A stretch of DNA of 64,000 bases from Neocallimastix sp. 'constans' (GCA_050613775.1 JBODTK010000010.1:1054001-1118000), one strand, 5' to 3'. Counted from the first letter of the stretch, positions 1 to 13,790 are shown. Numbers and translations: made by a program. Notes: generated from the letters alone by a model not told the origin.

Positions 1-534
1 ATTTCTCTGTATTTCTATAGTTAATGTTATATATATTTTGAATATATATACATATATTAAAAAAAGACATTTAGTAATTATAAAAAAAAAAAAAAAATAA
101 AATAATTTTCTTAACAATTATTTTTATTTTATTATATATATATTAAAGATATTTAATTAATGTGATTTACCACTGAAAAAAATTAATGTTAATATTTATT
201 GAAATTTTTAAAATACACTTTATTTAGAAGTAAAATAAAAAAATTCCTATATAATGATTATAATTTCATTATAATATTATATTAATATTCTTTTTTTTAA
301 AAAATTATAAACCAAAATTTTAATATAAATAATTTTTTATAATTTTTTTTCTAAAATTTAATTATTTTTAACTTTTAGTAATTAAATGCTAAATTCTATA
401 GATATAAATATTATAAATATATTCATATATCAATGTTTTTTTTTTTTCAAATATGAATATATATTTAAAAAGAATTCTTACAAATATACTTTATATTGTA
501 ATTATAATCTATTCATATTATTTTAATTTATTGA

Positions 535-595
<61 letters not shown>

Positions 596-819
596 TTGTT
601 ACTTCATTTTACGTTACAAATATAACTTTTAATAAAACAATATATAATATTTTAATTTTAAAATATTATATTAAGAATTATATATATTATATGGCCTTTT
701 TAAATAAATAGAAAAAAAAGGTTTTAACCAAATTGATAAGATATGTTAACATAAAATATAATATGACAAAATAGTTTGTATAGTTTTTTAATTAATTACT
801 GTGAAATTTAGATATAAAA

Positions 820-2551
820 TTATGTTAAACCAGCTTTATTTAGAGCATATTGTTGAAGTGATTGAATTGTTAATTTTACAATAGTGGAGCAATGTCTTGT
901 ATCCGTTGCCCATGTTAAATGCGTTGAGACTGTTCTATTTTTATTTGCATTTAATTTTAGGAATCTTTTGGCGAAAAAAGTTGCTGCTTCTGCATAATCA
1001 TCTCCTCCTATAATAAAATATTTAAAATGAATATTATAATTTATTATAAAAAAATAAAAGCAAAGAATCATATATAATTTATAAATAAAAATGTTTAAAT
1101 GATTAATTTTTTTAAATAAATTATTTATAATATTTAAATTATCAAATAATTTTATTTTTTTGAAATGATTTTAAGATTTTTATTATCATTCACCTGAATA
1201 ATCCGGATAATATTTTGATACAGGAGAAGTACTTAACTTTTTCTTAAATATATCTATTTTATTAAAGAAAATTACTATATTTTTATGCCATAGAATCTTA
1301 TTTCTTGATAGTTGTTTAAATAATTGTTCTGCATCTTTTAATCTATTTACAGTTGGATCTTCTAATAAGTTCTTTTAATTTTATTATTAATATTAAAAAT
1401 ATACAATAATAATTATAAAATTATATATAATATTGTAATTAATTTATTTAATATAATGATTTATATTGATAATGTGATAATATAAGAATGTTCATCAGAA
1501 GTTTAAATTATTTATTATATATACTTGATCATATGCACTAATTGCAAATATATATATCATAAGATCGACATTATCAAAAAATGCAGCCTAATATTTATTA
1601 ATAAATTATAATAGAATTAATATTTATATTTTTATGAATATATTTTAGTTTTATTATTCAGCATAAAATAATTAATTAAAAAATAATAACCCATTTCAAT
1701 CTTTGAGATCTTGAACCACCAAAATCATACACACTATTTTAAAAAATTATTATATATATGGATGTATTTTTTTTTTTTTTTTTTTTAAGAAAAATGGTAT
1801 AAATTAGTTGGATTAGTTGTTATTATTAATAATAAATTTCAAATTCATTCATATTAAATGTTAAATTATTTATTATGAATATAATTGAGAATTTGTTATA
1901 TATATATATATTACTTTAGAAAATCAGGTGAACCAAGAATTGGTATAGATGTTTCAGATATTTGTTGAGTTGGTGCTCTTTGATGTAATATATCATCATT
2001 TGTTGTTTTATAATTGGGATCAAATAGATCATTCATTTTATTAAAGAAACTTTATTATTTTATTTTATTTTTTTATATTTTATTTAAAATTTTTAAAAAT
2101 GTCAGAATATACTCATTATAGAATGAAATTTTATATATGAAAATAATATTTTTCTTATAAATTGTTAATTACTATTCTGCTGAATCTAATAGATTTATTG
2201 TATTTCCAACTTTCATACATTCTTTTATAGCATTTTCATTTTCCCATAATTTTTTACAAGAATTCATTATATCTTCTGGAATTGTCCTTAAATTTTATAT
2301 AATTTTATAATTATTATTATATATTCCATTAATAGATTTATAAATAATAATAATTATAATATTTATTACTTAATGTAAATATAAATTAAAATATTAAAAA
2401 TTTACTTTTTTTCTTTATAATCAGATAAAACTTCATCTGTCTTATTTATAATAATATTAATATATTCCTTTTTTTTTAATTAAAGTTTTTTTAAATTTTT
2501 AAAATATTGTTGTTAATATTCATTTTGGCATTTTGTTAATTTATTATTAAA

Positions 2552-2594
<43 letters not shown>

Positions 2595-3300
2595 TTATTA
2601 TACTTTATTATTTTCATCCGATAGATTAATTGATAGTTTTTCTAAATTTTGACATATTAATTTCATTGAACTTAATAAATTTGATATACAAATAAATTTA
2701 GCATTTTCAATATCGTCTTGTTCTAATGGCATTTTATTGATAATTCGTAATTGTTTTAAGAATGTTGACTATTAAACATAACAATTTTATTAGATTTTAA
2801 AATAAAAAAAGTACATATTTTCAAAAGTATTAAAAATTAAAAAGAAAAATATTTAAGTATATTATATATATTTTCAATATAATATATATATTTTTATATA
2901 ATATATATATTTCTGAATATATTATATTATTATTATATTCCACTTTTTAGAACTTTATTATATGATTATTTTAAAATGAAAGTAATATAATATACCTTTC
3001 CTGAATCAGCAGGGCCTTTATATATAACATTATTTTTATATAAGTTATATAAATTTAGAGATATATTTAAAAAAAAATGTTTTATTAATTTTACCAATAT
3101 TTTATTTTTGCTAGATTTTTTAATCTAATAAATTTTTAAACTTAAAATATTGTACCTAATAATAATACTTTATAAGAACAATTATCATTTTTCTCTTTTA
3201 ATTTTGCTTCTTCTTGAATTTGTTTATTAATTATTGAATTAGTTTCTTTTTCTTCTAGAGTACTAGGAAAAACATTACTCTTACTATGACATAATCCCAT
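820..3300 (-). CDS. Heterotrimeric G-protein alpha subunit, divergent (10 exons, ~370 aa)
   Basis: Manual GT-AG exons 3300-3156, 3015-2996, 2768-2604, 2467-2406, 2286-2173, 2049-1915, 1733-1691, 1587-1525, 1371-1194 and 1007-820 join in frame (1113 nt). N-terminal MGLCHS (myristoyl/palmitoyl-type), KVLLLGPADSGKST, LLDSAEYF, DILHQRAPT, DFGGSRSQRLKW, YDQ-LLED-NR, FFNKID, HLTWATDT, C-terminal AGLT. Confidence 0.93.
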
Positions 3301-4860
3301 TTTTTATTGAATATTTTATATTTATTATTATTTTATTTTATCTATTTTTATTAATTTTTTTTATAATTATGATAATTATTACTATTTCTGCAATTGTATT
3401 TACAAATAATATAAAAATATATATGGAAAATACAATATATATTAGATATAATATTTAAAATGCGATTACAATAAACAATTATTAGATATGAATGTATAAC
3501 ATCAATAGATGTATATTAAAGTTGAAATATTGTATTAATTATTATTATATATATATACATATATATATAAAATTTAAACCATTATATATTAAATTATTAT
3601 ATATAATATTTATTTCTTTATAATGTTTTGTATTTATATAACATTAAATTATTTATATTGTTATGTATATGAATAATATTTATTTCCTTATATTATTATA
3701 TGTATATATTAAATATTTATTTCTTTAATTTTTATAATAAACTGCTTTATTTCAATAAATAAAATATCTTTTTTATTTTTCTTTTGATTCATCAATAATT
3801 TAAAATCCACGTTTCCAAATAATATAAAACATTATGTATATATAATTAATAAGATAATTTTTTTTTTGAAATATAGTTGAATATTTCTTTATTCTTCAGA
3901 ATTAAGGCCTTTTATAATTATTTTATATTTACGAGTACCTTTCTATTAATTAATTGAACTTCTACATTCCCAATGAATTTTAAAGAATTATTATATGAGC
4001 ATTTATTTATATATATATATATATAATGTATCAAAAAAAATAATAATAATAAAGTAAAAAATAAATATATAATTATAAAATAAAATAAAATAAAAAATAA
4101 AATAAAAAAAAAAGAAAAATTTATATTATAATAAAAGCGTATAAAATTCTTATAAAAACTAGTTTTATGGTATGGAATGGAAAAAAAAAATTAAATAATA
4201 TAATGGTAATAATATATATTATTAATAAAAAACGATAAATATAAGATTTTGTAGGAATAATAGATATAAAATCAATATTTAAATAAAAATAAAAATTAGA
4301 TTATTAGTAATAATAATATTTAGGATTATATTGTTGAAATTTTAAAACTATTAAAAAATTGAATAAAAAATGAAATGAAATTTTATGCATTATTGAAACT
4401 ATTAATCATTAATAATTAAATTATGCATAATTAATACCTAATTTATATGAAATATCAATGAAAAATATTATTTAATGAGTTATAAATTCAACGAAATTAA
4501 TTCAAAAATAAATTCAAGTGATATAGAAATAGTTTTATTTTCATTTTTTAAATATATATATATATATTATTTCTTGCTAAAATTTTTTAAAACCCTATAT
4601 ATTTAAATTATTTAATTTTAATATATTTTAAAATTAGAGATTCGAAATAAAAATAGTTCATAATATTTTATTAGATTTATACAAACTTTTTAAAATTTTT
4701 ACCATCTATGAGTTATTTATTTATTTTTTAAATATATTATATAAATTATAATAAAATGAAAAAACAATATTAACTAAAATTATAATTATAATTACAAAGT
4801 TTAAAAAAAAAATCCTATCATTTTAATTAAAATTATGGTAATTTAAATAATAATAATAAA

Positions 4861-4970
4861 ATAATAATAAAATAATAAATAAAATAATAATAATAACTTA
4901 CATGAACAGTAATAATAATAATAATAAAATAATAATAAAATAATAAATAAAATAATAACTTACATGAACA

Positions 4971-5009
<39 letters not shown>

Positions 5010-5037
5010 ATAATAATAATAATAACTTACATGAACA

Positions 5038-5082
<45 letters not shown>

Positions 5083-5100
5083 TAATACAACAATAATAAT
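4861..5100. repeat. AAT-rich minisatellite with three copies of core ACTTACATGAACAGT
   Basis: Core at 4896-4910, 4958-4972 and 5025-5039 (spacing 62 and 67 bp), embedded in (AAT)n. Confidence 0.85.
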
Positions 5101-5404
5101 AATAAATAATAATACTAAATAATAATAATTAATAATAATATTAATTAAAATAAATAAATAAATAAACAAATAAGTAAATAAATAATTATTAAAGTTAAAA
5201 ACTCGATAATTGCATTATTAAATATTTATAATAAATTTTTAAATTAGGTACCAATTAAAATTTAACCTTAATTGTCATAATAAAAGATCTTGTTATTATA
5301 AATAAATTATTTAAATATTAAATATACTTTTATATAAATAGAACATAAATTTATATAATTGTATACAAATATATAAAAAAAATTTATGTAACTTTGAAAT
5401 TTAA

Positions 5405-5900
5405 TTTTTTTTTTTTTTTTTTATTTCGGACCGCTCTTATTTTTAACCCCCCCTCTCAAGGGCATGGAAATATTGAGGTAGTCCAACACTTTCGTATACT
5501 TTCGCAGGAGCAGATAATGTCCATGCTAAATGACCTTACTGAGTGCTTATCATTGATGCTCTGACATACATATTAATGCTGAGAATTTTCCTTTACCCTT
5601 TTTCTCGGAGTACTTCTCCAGTTCCTAACTTTCTTTTCGAATCAAGACCAGTATAACCTAACCCAATGTGTTAGATGTTCTCTTGGCAAATGCAAAAGCA
5701 GAAAGATTGAAAAAAGTAGAATATATCTACATCACTTAAGTAGAACACATATATAAAAGGGGGAAATACTTACCTGTAATTCTAACCACCATATTCCGTG
5801 AAATCCTCTTGTGTATACTATCCCATGGTCAAACAATTAGGATAGAACCTGAACCTGGTTCCATACTTTGAAATAAAAGTTTCTTTAAATGATAATCATA
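5405..5900 (-). mobile_element. GC-richer island ending in a poly(A) tract on the minus strand; possible retroelement remnant
   Basis: Abrupt rise in GC over ~480 bp next to a T-run at 5405-5422. No long ORF and no securely identified motif. Confidence 0.3.
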
Positions 5901-7107
5901 ATATTATGCAATTTTCATTTTCACTATAAATAAAAAATATATAAATATTATTCTATTAATAGAACATAAATTTATATATTAGCATTAAAGCTATTAATTC
6001 AATAAAAAATATATACATATATATATTTTTTTTTTTTGATTTTTTATTAAATCAATATTAGAATATTAGTTAAATATATTTTTTTTTTTTACTTTTTTAT
6101 AGTAATAATTTAAAACATAATACATATATATATAATTTTATATAATTTTTTTTTATAACTATTTACTTTATTATATTTATTTTATTTTCAAAATTTTAAT
6201 TTATACATTATAATTATAATAAATATCTAGAAAATAGAAGAAAAACTATAAAATTTATTAAATTGTTGTATTATGATTAAATCGTATGTCTGGTATAAAA
6301 CTTTAATTTTATAAAAGATAATTTATTAATTTATTTATCTATTTATTTAGATATATTTTAAATAATAATAAAATTATCATTATCATTCTATTAAAAATCA
6401 ATATAAATATTTGATTTTATGATACATTTATTGGATTATAAGTAATAATATAAAAAAAAAAAAAAAAACGTAGACTACAAAAAAAGATTTTTTTTTTTAT
6501 TACTATATATTTTATAATAATATCAACAATAACTAAAATAAAAATCATTTTAAAATAAGATGAAATAAATTCATATATTTCAACTTATTTTAAAGTGATT
6601 TTTATTTTAATTATATTTGATTTTTTTAAGTATAATAATATAAAAAATATATATATATATAATTTTTTTATTTATTTTCCATTGTTTTCAAGTATCTGGA
6701 CACAAATTATTTGAAAATGAATAATATAAATCAATTAGTATATTTAATAATAATATAAGTTATTATTTACTTGAACATCAGATATTTTTTCAATTCCAAG
6801 AATCTATATATCATTTTTTTTTCTTTTCTTTTTTTTTTTTTTTTTTAATAATTAAATTGTAAATAATAAATTTCATTTATATCTCGTTATTTCATAATTC
6901 ATTAAAAATTTTTATTACAAATAATCATTTTTATTTTACATAAATATTTTTAATTAAAAAAAAAAAATTTAAGGAATTATATGTTTATTAAAAATTTATC
7001 AAGAATTATATATACAATTGAAGTTTTTATCATTTCATGTCTATTTTCATTAATAAAAAAATACATTATTTGGTTATTTTCTGTAATATATATATTAAAT
7101 GAATAAA

Positions 7108-7151
<44 letters not shown>

Positions 7152-7249
7152 TTTTTTTATCAAAACCACCTTTAAAATTATTAATTATTTATATATAGAC
7201 ATTAATTACTAAAATGTTATTTTTTAAATTTTTTTTTGAAAGTATTGAT

Positions 7250-8210
7250 TATTTATTCAAAGAAAAAATTCATAAATACTTATAGATGATATAAATTACC
7301 TACAAGTATTTAATGATGTATTTTATGGTGTTTAAGTAGAATGCTTTTAATATATTCTTTTAATTCTCTATAATGTTCAGGTTGATTACTGTAAAAAAAT
7401 TTAAAACCAGAACCATATAATTCCTTAAGATGTAATGGTGTAGCATAGCAACGAGGAATACAATGAGATATAATACCAATTTGATGACATAGAACTGCAA
7501 CCTCCTCCATAGATTGAATTGTAATAATAATCGTTTGATTTCGACTAATTTCATTTAAGATTCTCCAAATTAATCTTTTGTCTTCTGACATCAGGATCAT
7601 GACCTATAGTAGATTCATTGAGAAAATACTAGCTTTGGGATCATTAACAAGGGCAATAGTAATACTTAAATGCCATTTTTCACCACCACATTTTAATTTA
7701 TTCTATTAGTTTTCAAAACTAACATTAGCCATACTTTCTTGAATAGTGTCCATTTCTTGTTCTTTAGTGATACTTTTTAATCTAGAATAGAATAAATGAT
7801 ATTTATATACCGTTATATCATTCCAAAGAATATCATGTTATGGATGGATATCTATACGTTAATACACCTTAATCCATGTCCTATTTAATATTAAAACTTA
7901 ATAATTTTGTATATCCAGAAGGAAGAATATAAACACAAATTATAGAATGAATTAAGGTAGTCTTACCAGCACCATTCGGATTAAATTAACCCAAAACAAT
8001 AGATTCATCCACAGCAAAAGTTTCACTATGAACAGTAATATATAGTTTACCACCTTTCACTCTTGGAGTATATTCTTTTCTAACATTTTTAATAATTAAT
8101 AGGAAAAATTATGATCATCTATACCACCAAGAATACTATTTCTTTCTTCACAAATATCATCATCTTCTAAAGTTTTAGCAGCTTCTGCTTCTTTCTCAAT
8201 GTAAAAATGG

Positions 8211-8267
<57 letters not shown>

Positions 8268-8271
8268 ATTA

Positions 8272-8345
<74 letters not shown>

Positions 8346-8349
8346 ATTA

Positions 8350-8396
<47 letters not shown>

Positions 8397-8400
8397 ATTA

Positions 8401-8453
<53 letters not shown>

Positions 8454-8457
8454 ATTA

Positions 8458-8509
<52 letters not shown>

Positions 8510-11322
8510 CAGTATTTTCAAGAATTTCAACATCTTGTTTATTTTTTTCCATTTATGAATTTTTTAACTCTGATAACAATATTTAAATCTTACGGTTGAT
8601 GGAAACTAAATTCTTGTGGACTAGCAGCATCAAAAGTGTACTGGTGACAGAAATAAAATACAAAAATCAAAAATTAAATAAAAAGTTTAAATATTTTGTT
8701 ATCAGGAATAAAGTTGTGCTATTAATAAACAGGATTAATTTTAAAAACTGAAATAATGGAAAGTTGATTTCAGATACAAATGGAACCCATAAGAAATAGA
8801 AATTAGTGGTTTTAAACATTTCTGTTAAATTAAGACTGAAAATAATACTAAATAATATTACTAAGAAAGAAGCAATTAATGCCGTACTATTTTTACTATT
8901 TCTACTGAATAGGAAGGATAAAACAAATAATAAAGCGACTTGTATATTTTCCATATAAAGAATACTATCAATAATAGTGTAAAGGTTGTTTTTGTGAACA
9001 TATTTAAATATTTAAACCATATATCATATCAGCAATAAAAAATGGTAGTGTAGATAATAAGCTTAATTCTAAATTCATGATATATACTGAAATATTGTAG
9101 TTGAAAGATTTTATACCATTTATGCTCATCATTACCAAGAATCTTTCTTCTTTTTCTTTACAATAGAAATAGTGAAAATTAATAATAAGAAACTTGCACC
9201 ACAAGGGAATAAAACAATACCAATTAAACTAGCTAAATTAATAGGTATTCGTTTTTTTTTTTTTTTTTTTTTTAAAGGATATTCTCTAAAAACTTTGTGT
9301 AATAAAATATTTATTATTGAAGATTTTACGAACTATTGAATTCATAAGTTCTATGATAAAGTACATTAATCATTTTCCTCTACTGAAAAATGTCATGTAT
9401 GGGGTAGCTGTACATACAATACAAGAATAAAGTCTTGTTTATTTTTTAATGTTCCCCAAATAGAAATAACTAAATTGTATTTCAATTTTTGTTTATTTAT
9501 ATCTTTATAGTTTATTGCATCTAAATTTAGAAAGATCAATTTGTTGTTTTTCTTTATCAGAATATTCATCAAAAAGAGTACTAGATTAAATTTTGGTTAA
9601 TTATTTCATTTTTATTTTTCCTTTTTTTTTTTTTTTATTATTATTATTACATAAATAATATATTTATATATAGATATAAATAAAATAATATAAATATATA
9701 GGTAAATAAGAATAAAATTAAAATTTTTACTCCAAGGACCATTCATTCAAACTACGTTTGATGACGCCTTTCCCCAAGGTTAACCAAAGCCCTTATTAAT
9801 GGTAGATTTTTAAATATATCTTGAATATTCAACTTCATTATGTCCCGAATATTCAGTTAGATTATTATAAATTTTTTTTAAACACTTATATATATACATA
9901 TATATATAAAAAATATACATATATATATAACCCTAACCCTAAAATTTTAATACAAACCAATTCATTCTTTGTGTATCTACTTCTTTTTCTTCTGTTAAAA
10001 TTTCAATATAAGGAAATCTTTCAAAATCAAGATTCATAGATCATAGACTTTGTATCAATGAAGGATAAATTCGAACATTAATGAGTGAAGATATAATCTA
10101 AATAATTTTTATTAGATAATTCATATATATCCATATGAATGCGAGTTATTGTAATATTGAAAGGATGATACTATGTTCACTCGTACCGATAGCTTTATAA
10201 TCTGAAACATTATTTTTATTGATAGCAATAAAAAAAACCCATGGAACGTATGATGTTATCAGTAATAAATTGAATATTAACCATATCACGGAACATAAAA
10301 AAAACTAAGATCTTAAGTTTTCTTTGAAAATCTATATAAATATAGTTTCATTTTTTGTTTTCATCTAAAGTTATTTTCAATTTTATTTTATTTTTTTTTT
10401 TATTTTTATTTTTTTTATTTTTATTTTTATTTTTATTTTTTTATATTTATAATAATCATAATTATAAAATTTTTTGATTTTTTCAGATGTTTTTGTTGGT
10501 TTAATTTATTAAATTCAACAAAGGAATTTATATTTCCTATCCTTTGATTCGCATTCACAATATTACCATCGTTACTTTATTTGACCTGTTGTATCAATGG
10601 AAGGCATAAAAGGGAGCATCACCAACAAAAATTGATTTCATTATTATTTTGCCAAAATCATAGAAATAGGAAATGAAATAATTTGTTGAACCAAACCAAG
10701 AGGAACATGGTGTACCTGATAAAATTTAAGGCATTAAATTTTATCAGGTTCATCCTTTTTAAATCCTGATTGTCTATTTGGAAGGACAAATTGCCCATTA
10801 AATTCATTGGTTCAATATTCATATTTCTTATACTTTTAATAATATTTTTTAAGAGATAATAAATTAATAAATACTTAAAAGATATAAAATAATAATCATT
10901 AAAGTTGGACATACTCTAATTATTTTTTTTATTAATATTAAATATGAATACTTTAAATATATATATTAATTTTGTATATATATATATAATTTTTATTATT
11001 ACTATATCTATAAACTAATAAAAAAAAAAATTTTTTTTCTTAAAAATATATATATTAATTAAAATAAAATGAGAAAAAAAAAATTTTTTTATCTGAATAT
11101 ATTGAATAAAATTTTTTGTATGCATTACCTGACACAATCTATATTATATATGTACATATGTTTATAAAAGTTTATTAATATTATTAGAAAAATTATTTTT
11201 TCTTTTTTTTCTTATATATATATATATCTTAAAATTAATTATAATAATAAATGTAATTCGAATATATTACATAAATTTGTTCCTATTTGTCCTTTTTGAT
11301 AGGATAAAGTTTTTCCTTACTA
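7250..11322 (-). pseudogene. Unprocessed pseudogene paralogous to the adjacent half-size ABCA transporter
   Basis: Frameshifted fragments collinear with the 17542-22400 gene: LIWRILNEIS...SMEEVAVLCHQIG...[43 protein letters not shown], and an RKTLSYQK exon at ~11271-11322. The 10-nt microexon is retained (11129-11138). Many stops and frameshifts. Confidence 0.9.
8211..8510. repeat. (AAT)n microsatellite with periodic AATGATAATATT interruptions inside pseudogene coding sequence
   Basis: Directly visible. Lies at the position of the short pre-NBD linker of the intact ABCA. Confidence 0.9.
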
Positions 11323-11329
11323 CAAAAAA

Positions 11330-11830
11330 AAATAAATTAGTAAGGGAATTTCGAAAGCCCCACAAAATATGAAAGAGAAAAAGAAGACTTTCTCAAAGGT
11401 AATTAAAAGATATTATTAATAAATTGCTTTAGCACAAATAAAACTAACTACTGAAGGTATAAATAGTTCTATAGACATATTATAAATAGTGATATTAGAA
11501 GTCCTTTTTTTTTTTTTTTTTTTTTTTTTTCAAACCAAAATTTCTAAAACAAGCCTCAGTTAAAAGCAGTTTTAGCTTTTTCAGTTTACTTTTTATTAGA
11601 TCTTAGTAAAAGTGTATAGTAAAAAATTGAATTAAAAAAAAAAAAAGGAAACTGGAATACGAGTTTTAAAGAAGAAAGGTATGTGAAAAAAATCATACTT
11701 GGAAATTCAACCAGTAATTATTTTAATTATGATTTTAAGATCAACATTTATTAGAGAAATACCTCTTTATAATCACTGCAATTGGAAAGATCACCTTTCA
11801 GCTGCAGTTTTTGCGAATTTTAAACTTTAT
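11330..11830 (-). mobile_element. Highly degenerate, internally deleted LINE ORF2 remnant
   Basis: Minus-strand fragments KGDLSNCSDY-RGISLI-NVDLKII..ISKY (RT N-terminus) and TRIPVSF...YYTLLLRSNKK, similar to KLIPIAY...YYSPLLGSNKS of the LINE at 14-16 kb. Confidence 0.65.
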
Positions 11831-12039
11831 TTATTTATTTATTTATTAATTACATGAATATTTTTTATTGTAAAAAAAAAAAAAAAAAAAAAACTGAATT
11901 AATAAAATAATAAATATTATTTGTCTAATTTGAACAAAATAATATTTAAAATAGTAACGTGAAATAAAAGATAATATTCAAAAATAAAGTGTATAAATAA
12001 ATTCATATGCAAATAACCTCATCTCCAGATGATAAAAAT

Positions 12040-13790
12040 CTCCGTTTTAGAAGGGAATTCTTATTCTGGATAAGGGTTTGAATTGATTATCTAGAAAGAA
12101 ATTAAATTATGGTCGTTTCCTTCAGAGACATTGGCCCTACTAAGCCTGTCTTACTGTATTTTCAGTGTTGACGCTCCTTGGTTAGTTTGTGCTAATACCA
12201 TCTGAATAGTAACCCTTGTCGAGTACTAAACCTAGGCATAATTTCTGTAAAAAGAGAGCCACAGATTGCACCAAGAATGGAGTTTTAGAATAATCACTAG
12301 AAATGAGTTGATTCTTAAAGAAAACATCCCATTCCATTTTATAATTTAAATCAGTAATATCTGCATCTCTTCCATCAAGAAGGAAGTTATAAAATCGGTA
12401 TCACGTTACATATATATTTATACACTCATTACTCAAAAAATTACTTAAATTAACACGATTTTCGTCAATTGACCTATTCATTACATTATTAGTAGTGATA
12501 CTATTATTTTCACAATCACTGATATTAATATTTCTATTTTCTCTATCACTAATACTACTATTATAAGCAATATTATTTCTATTGTTTCTATAATTAATAT
12601 TATACTCTTCGTTACTACAATCAGACTTGTACATTTTTCTCGGTTACGAAATCCATATTATTCAAATCTAATAAATCCTTTATCAATTCCATATTTAGAG
12701 ATTCTTTTAGCGGATGATTTTTGCTATAAAATTTAACCTATTATTGATAAGAGAGATGCCACAATAGTTATTACAATCTGATGGATCTCCCTTTTTATGA
12801 GTAAAAACTATCGATGCGTTATTTCATGATTTTTAGAAAATCACCATTCCAAATACGGTTGATTAAGGCTTCTGAAATATTTAAAGCCAGATTGAAATAT
12901 TATTATTATTATTTTCGCTTGATTCTTTTTGAATTTTTTTTTTACCAGGAATCAAAGCTTTGAAGAATTCCATTGGAATCCCATCAGGATCACAAGCTTT
13001 TAAAGTTAGGAGTTGATGAGATTGCCTCACTAATTTCTTAATTGTTAATATTTTGGTTAATTTCCCATTCTTGTTGCCTTGGACTTCCTAAATTCCTTTA
13101 ATATAACAGAATCTTTTAGAAAGACTATGACCTGAAGAATCCTAAGAATTTATAATGATAATGCTAGAATGCTAAATTTTTAATTTTTCATTTGTAGAAA
13201 GAAACAAATTCATTGATACTGTTTTTAATAGGTTGAGAGAAAACCGTGAAAGAAAGATTGATTATTTATTTTATTTTATATTTTTTTTTTTTTTTTTTTT
13301 ACCCATTTTCATCATGCTTCCTTTTAAAGACAATAAATTTTGTGGGACATTCTAAACATGGCTTTTTTGATTTCTGTTGAAAGTATAATTGATAAATCCT
13401 TAGCAATGGAATTAGTAGTGTTGATGAACTTTTCAATTATATTATCTGCTGAAAGTTCTCCATTTCCTAATTCTTCACTAAGAATCTCAAATTTATTGTA
13501 ATCAAAAAATTTTTTTTCTTAAGTTCAAGACATTTATACCTATCCCACCTAACAAATTTTTTTTTTTTTTTTTTTTGGTAACAAAAATGATTCATCTGTA
13601 GTAGTTTTCTTGCAATAAACTACGAGAAGTTTATGACCAGATACAGACGGAAAATCAACATATTAGGCACTTGATATTTTATCCAGCATACCTGAGTTGA
13701 CTAATTCATGATCATTATCTGATGAAATATCTACCTCCAGTCCTCGAAATTGGTGAACCGTTAATCTTTTCCATAATGAACTATAAATTA
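12040..13790 (-). mobile_element. Degenerate APE-type LINE (end of endonuclease, RT N-terminus, C-terminus); RT core deleted
   Basis: KACDPDGIPMEFFKAL (~12955-13003), KKGDPSDCNNYCGISLIN and YGFRNREKC (~12630-12800), an SDH-like SGH near 13640, then an Asn-rich segment and FYNFLLDG...TPFLV...RSVNTENTVRQ resembling the FLLGG...KRVDVVLIRH C-terminus of the neighbouring LINE. Confidence 0.8.

Noticed and set aside
4890..5045. Regularly spaced repeat cores resembling a CRISPR array
   Set aside because: The spacers are low-complexity AAT sequence, there are no cas genes, and the context is eukaryotic.
4833..5169. Poly-I/Y/L/N ORFs here and at 8096-8552, 16133-16558, 35167-35890, 53216-53495 and 53895-54173
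   Set aside because: They are translations of simple repeats. Only the non-repeat part of 8096-8533 belongs to the ABCA pseudogene.
9730..9800. Short GC-richer patch in the pseudogene intron
   Set aside because: Too short to assign. It has only a weak resemblance (AAACTACGTT) to a LINE 3' end.
9928..9942. TAACCCTAACCCTAA telomere-like repeat
   Set aside because: Only about two units, compatible with chance.
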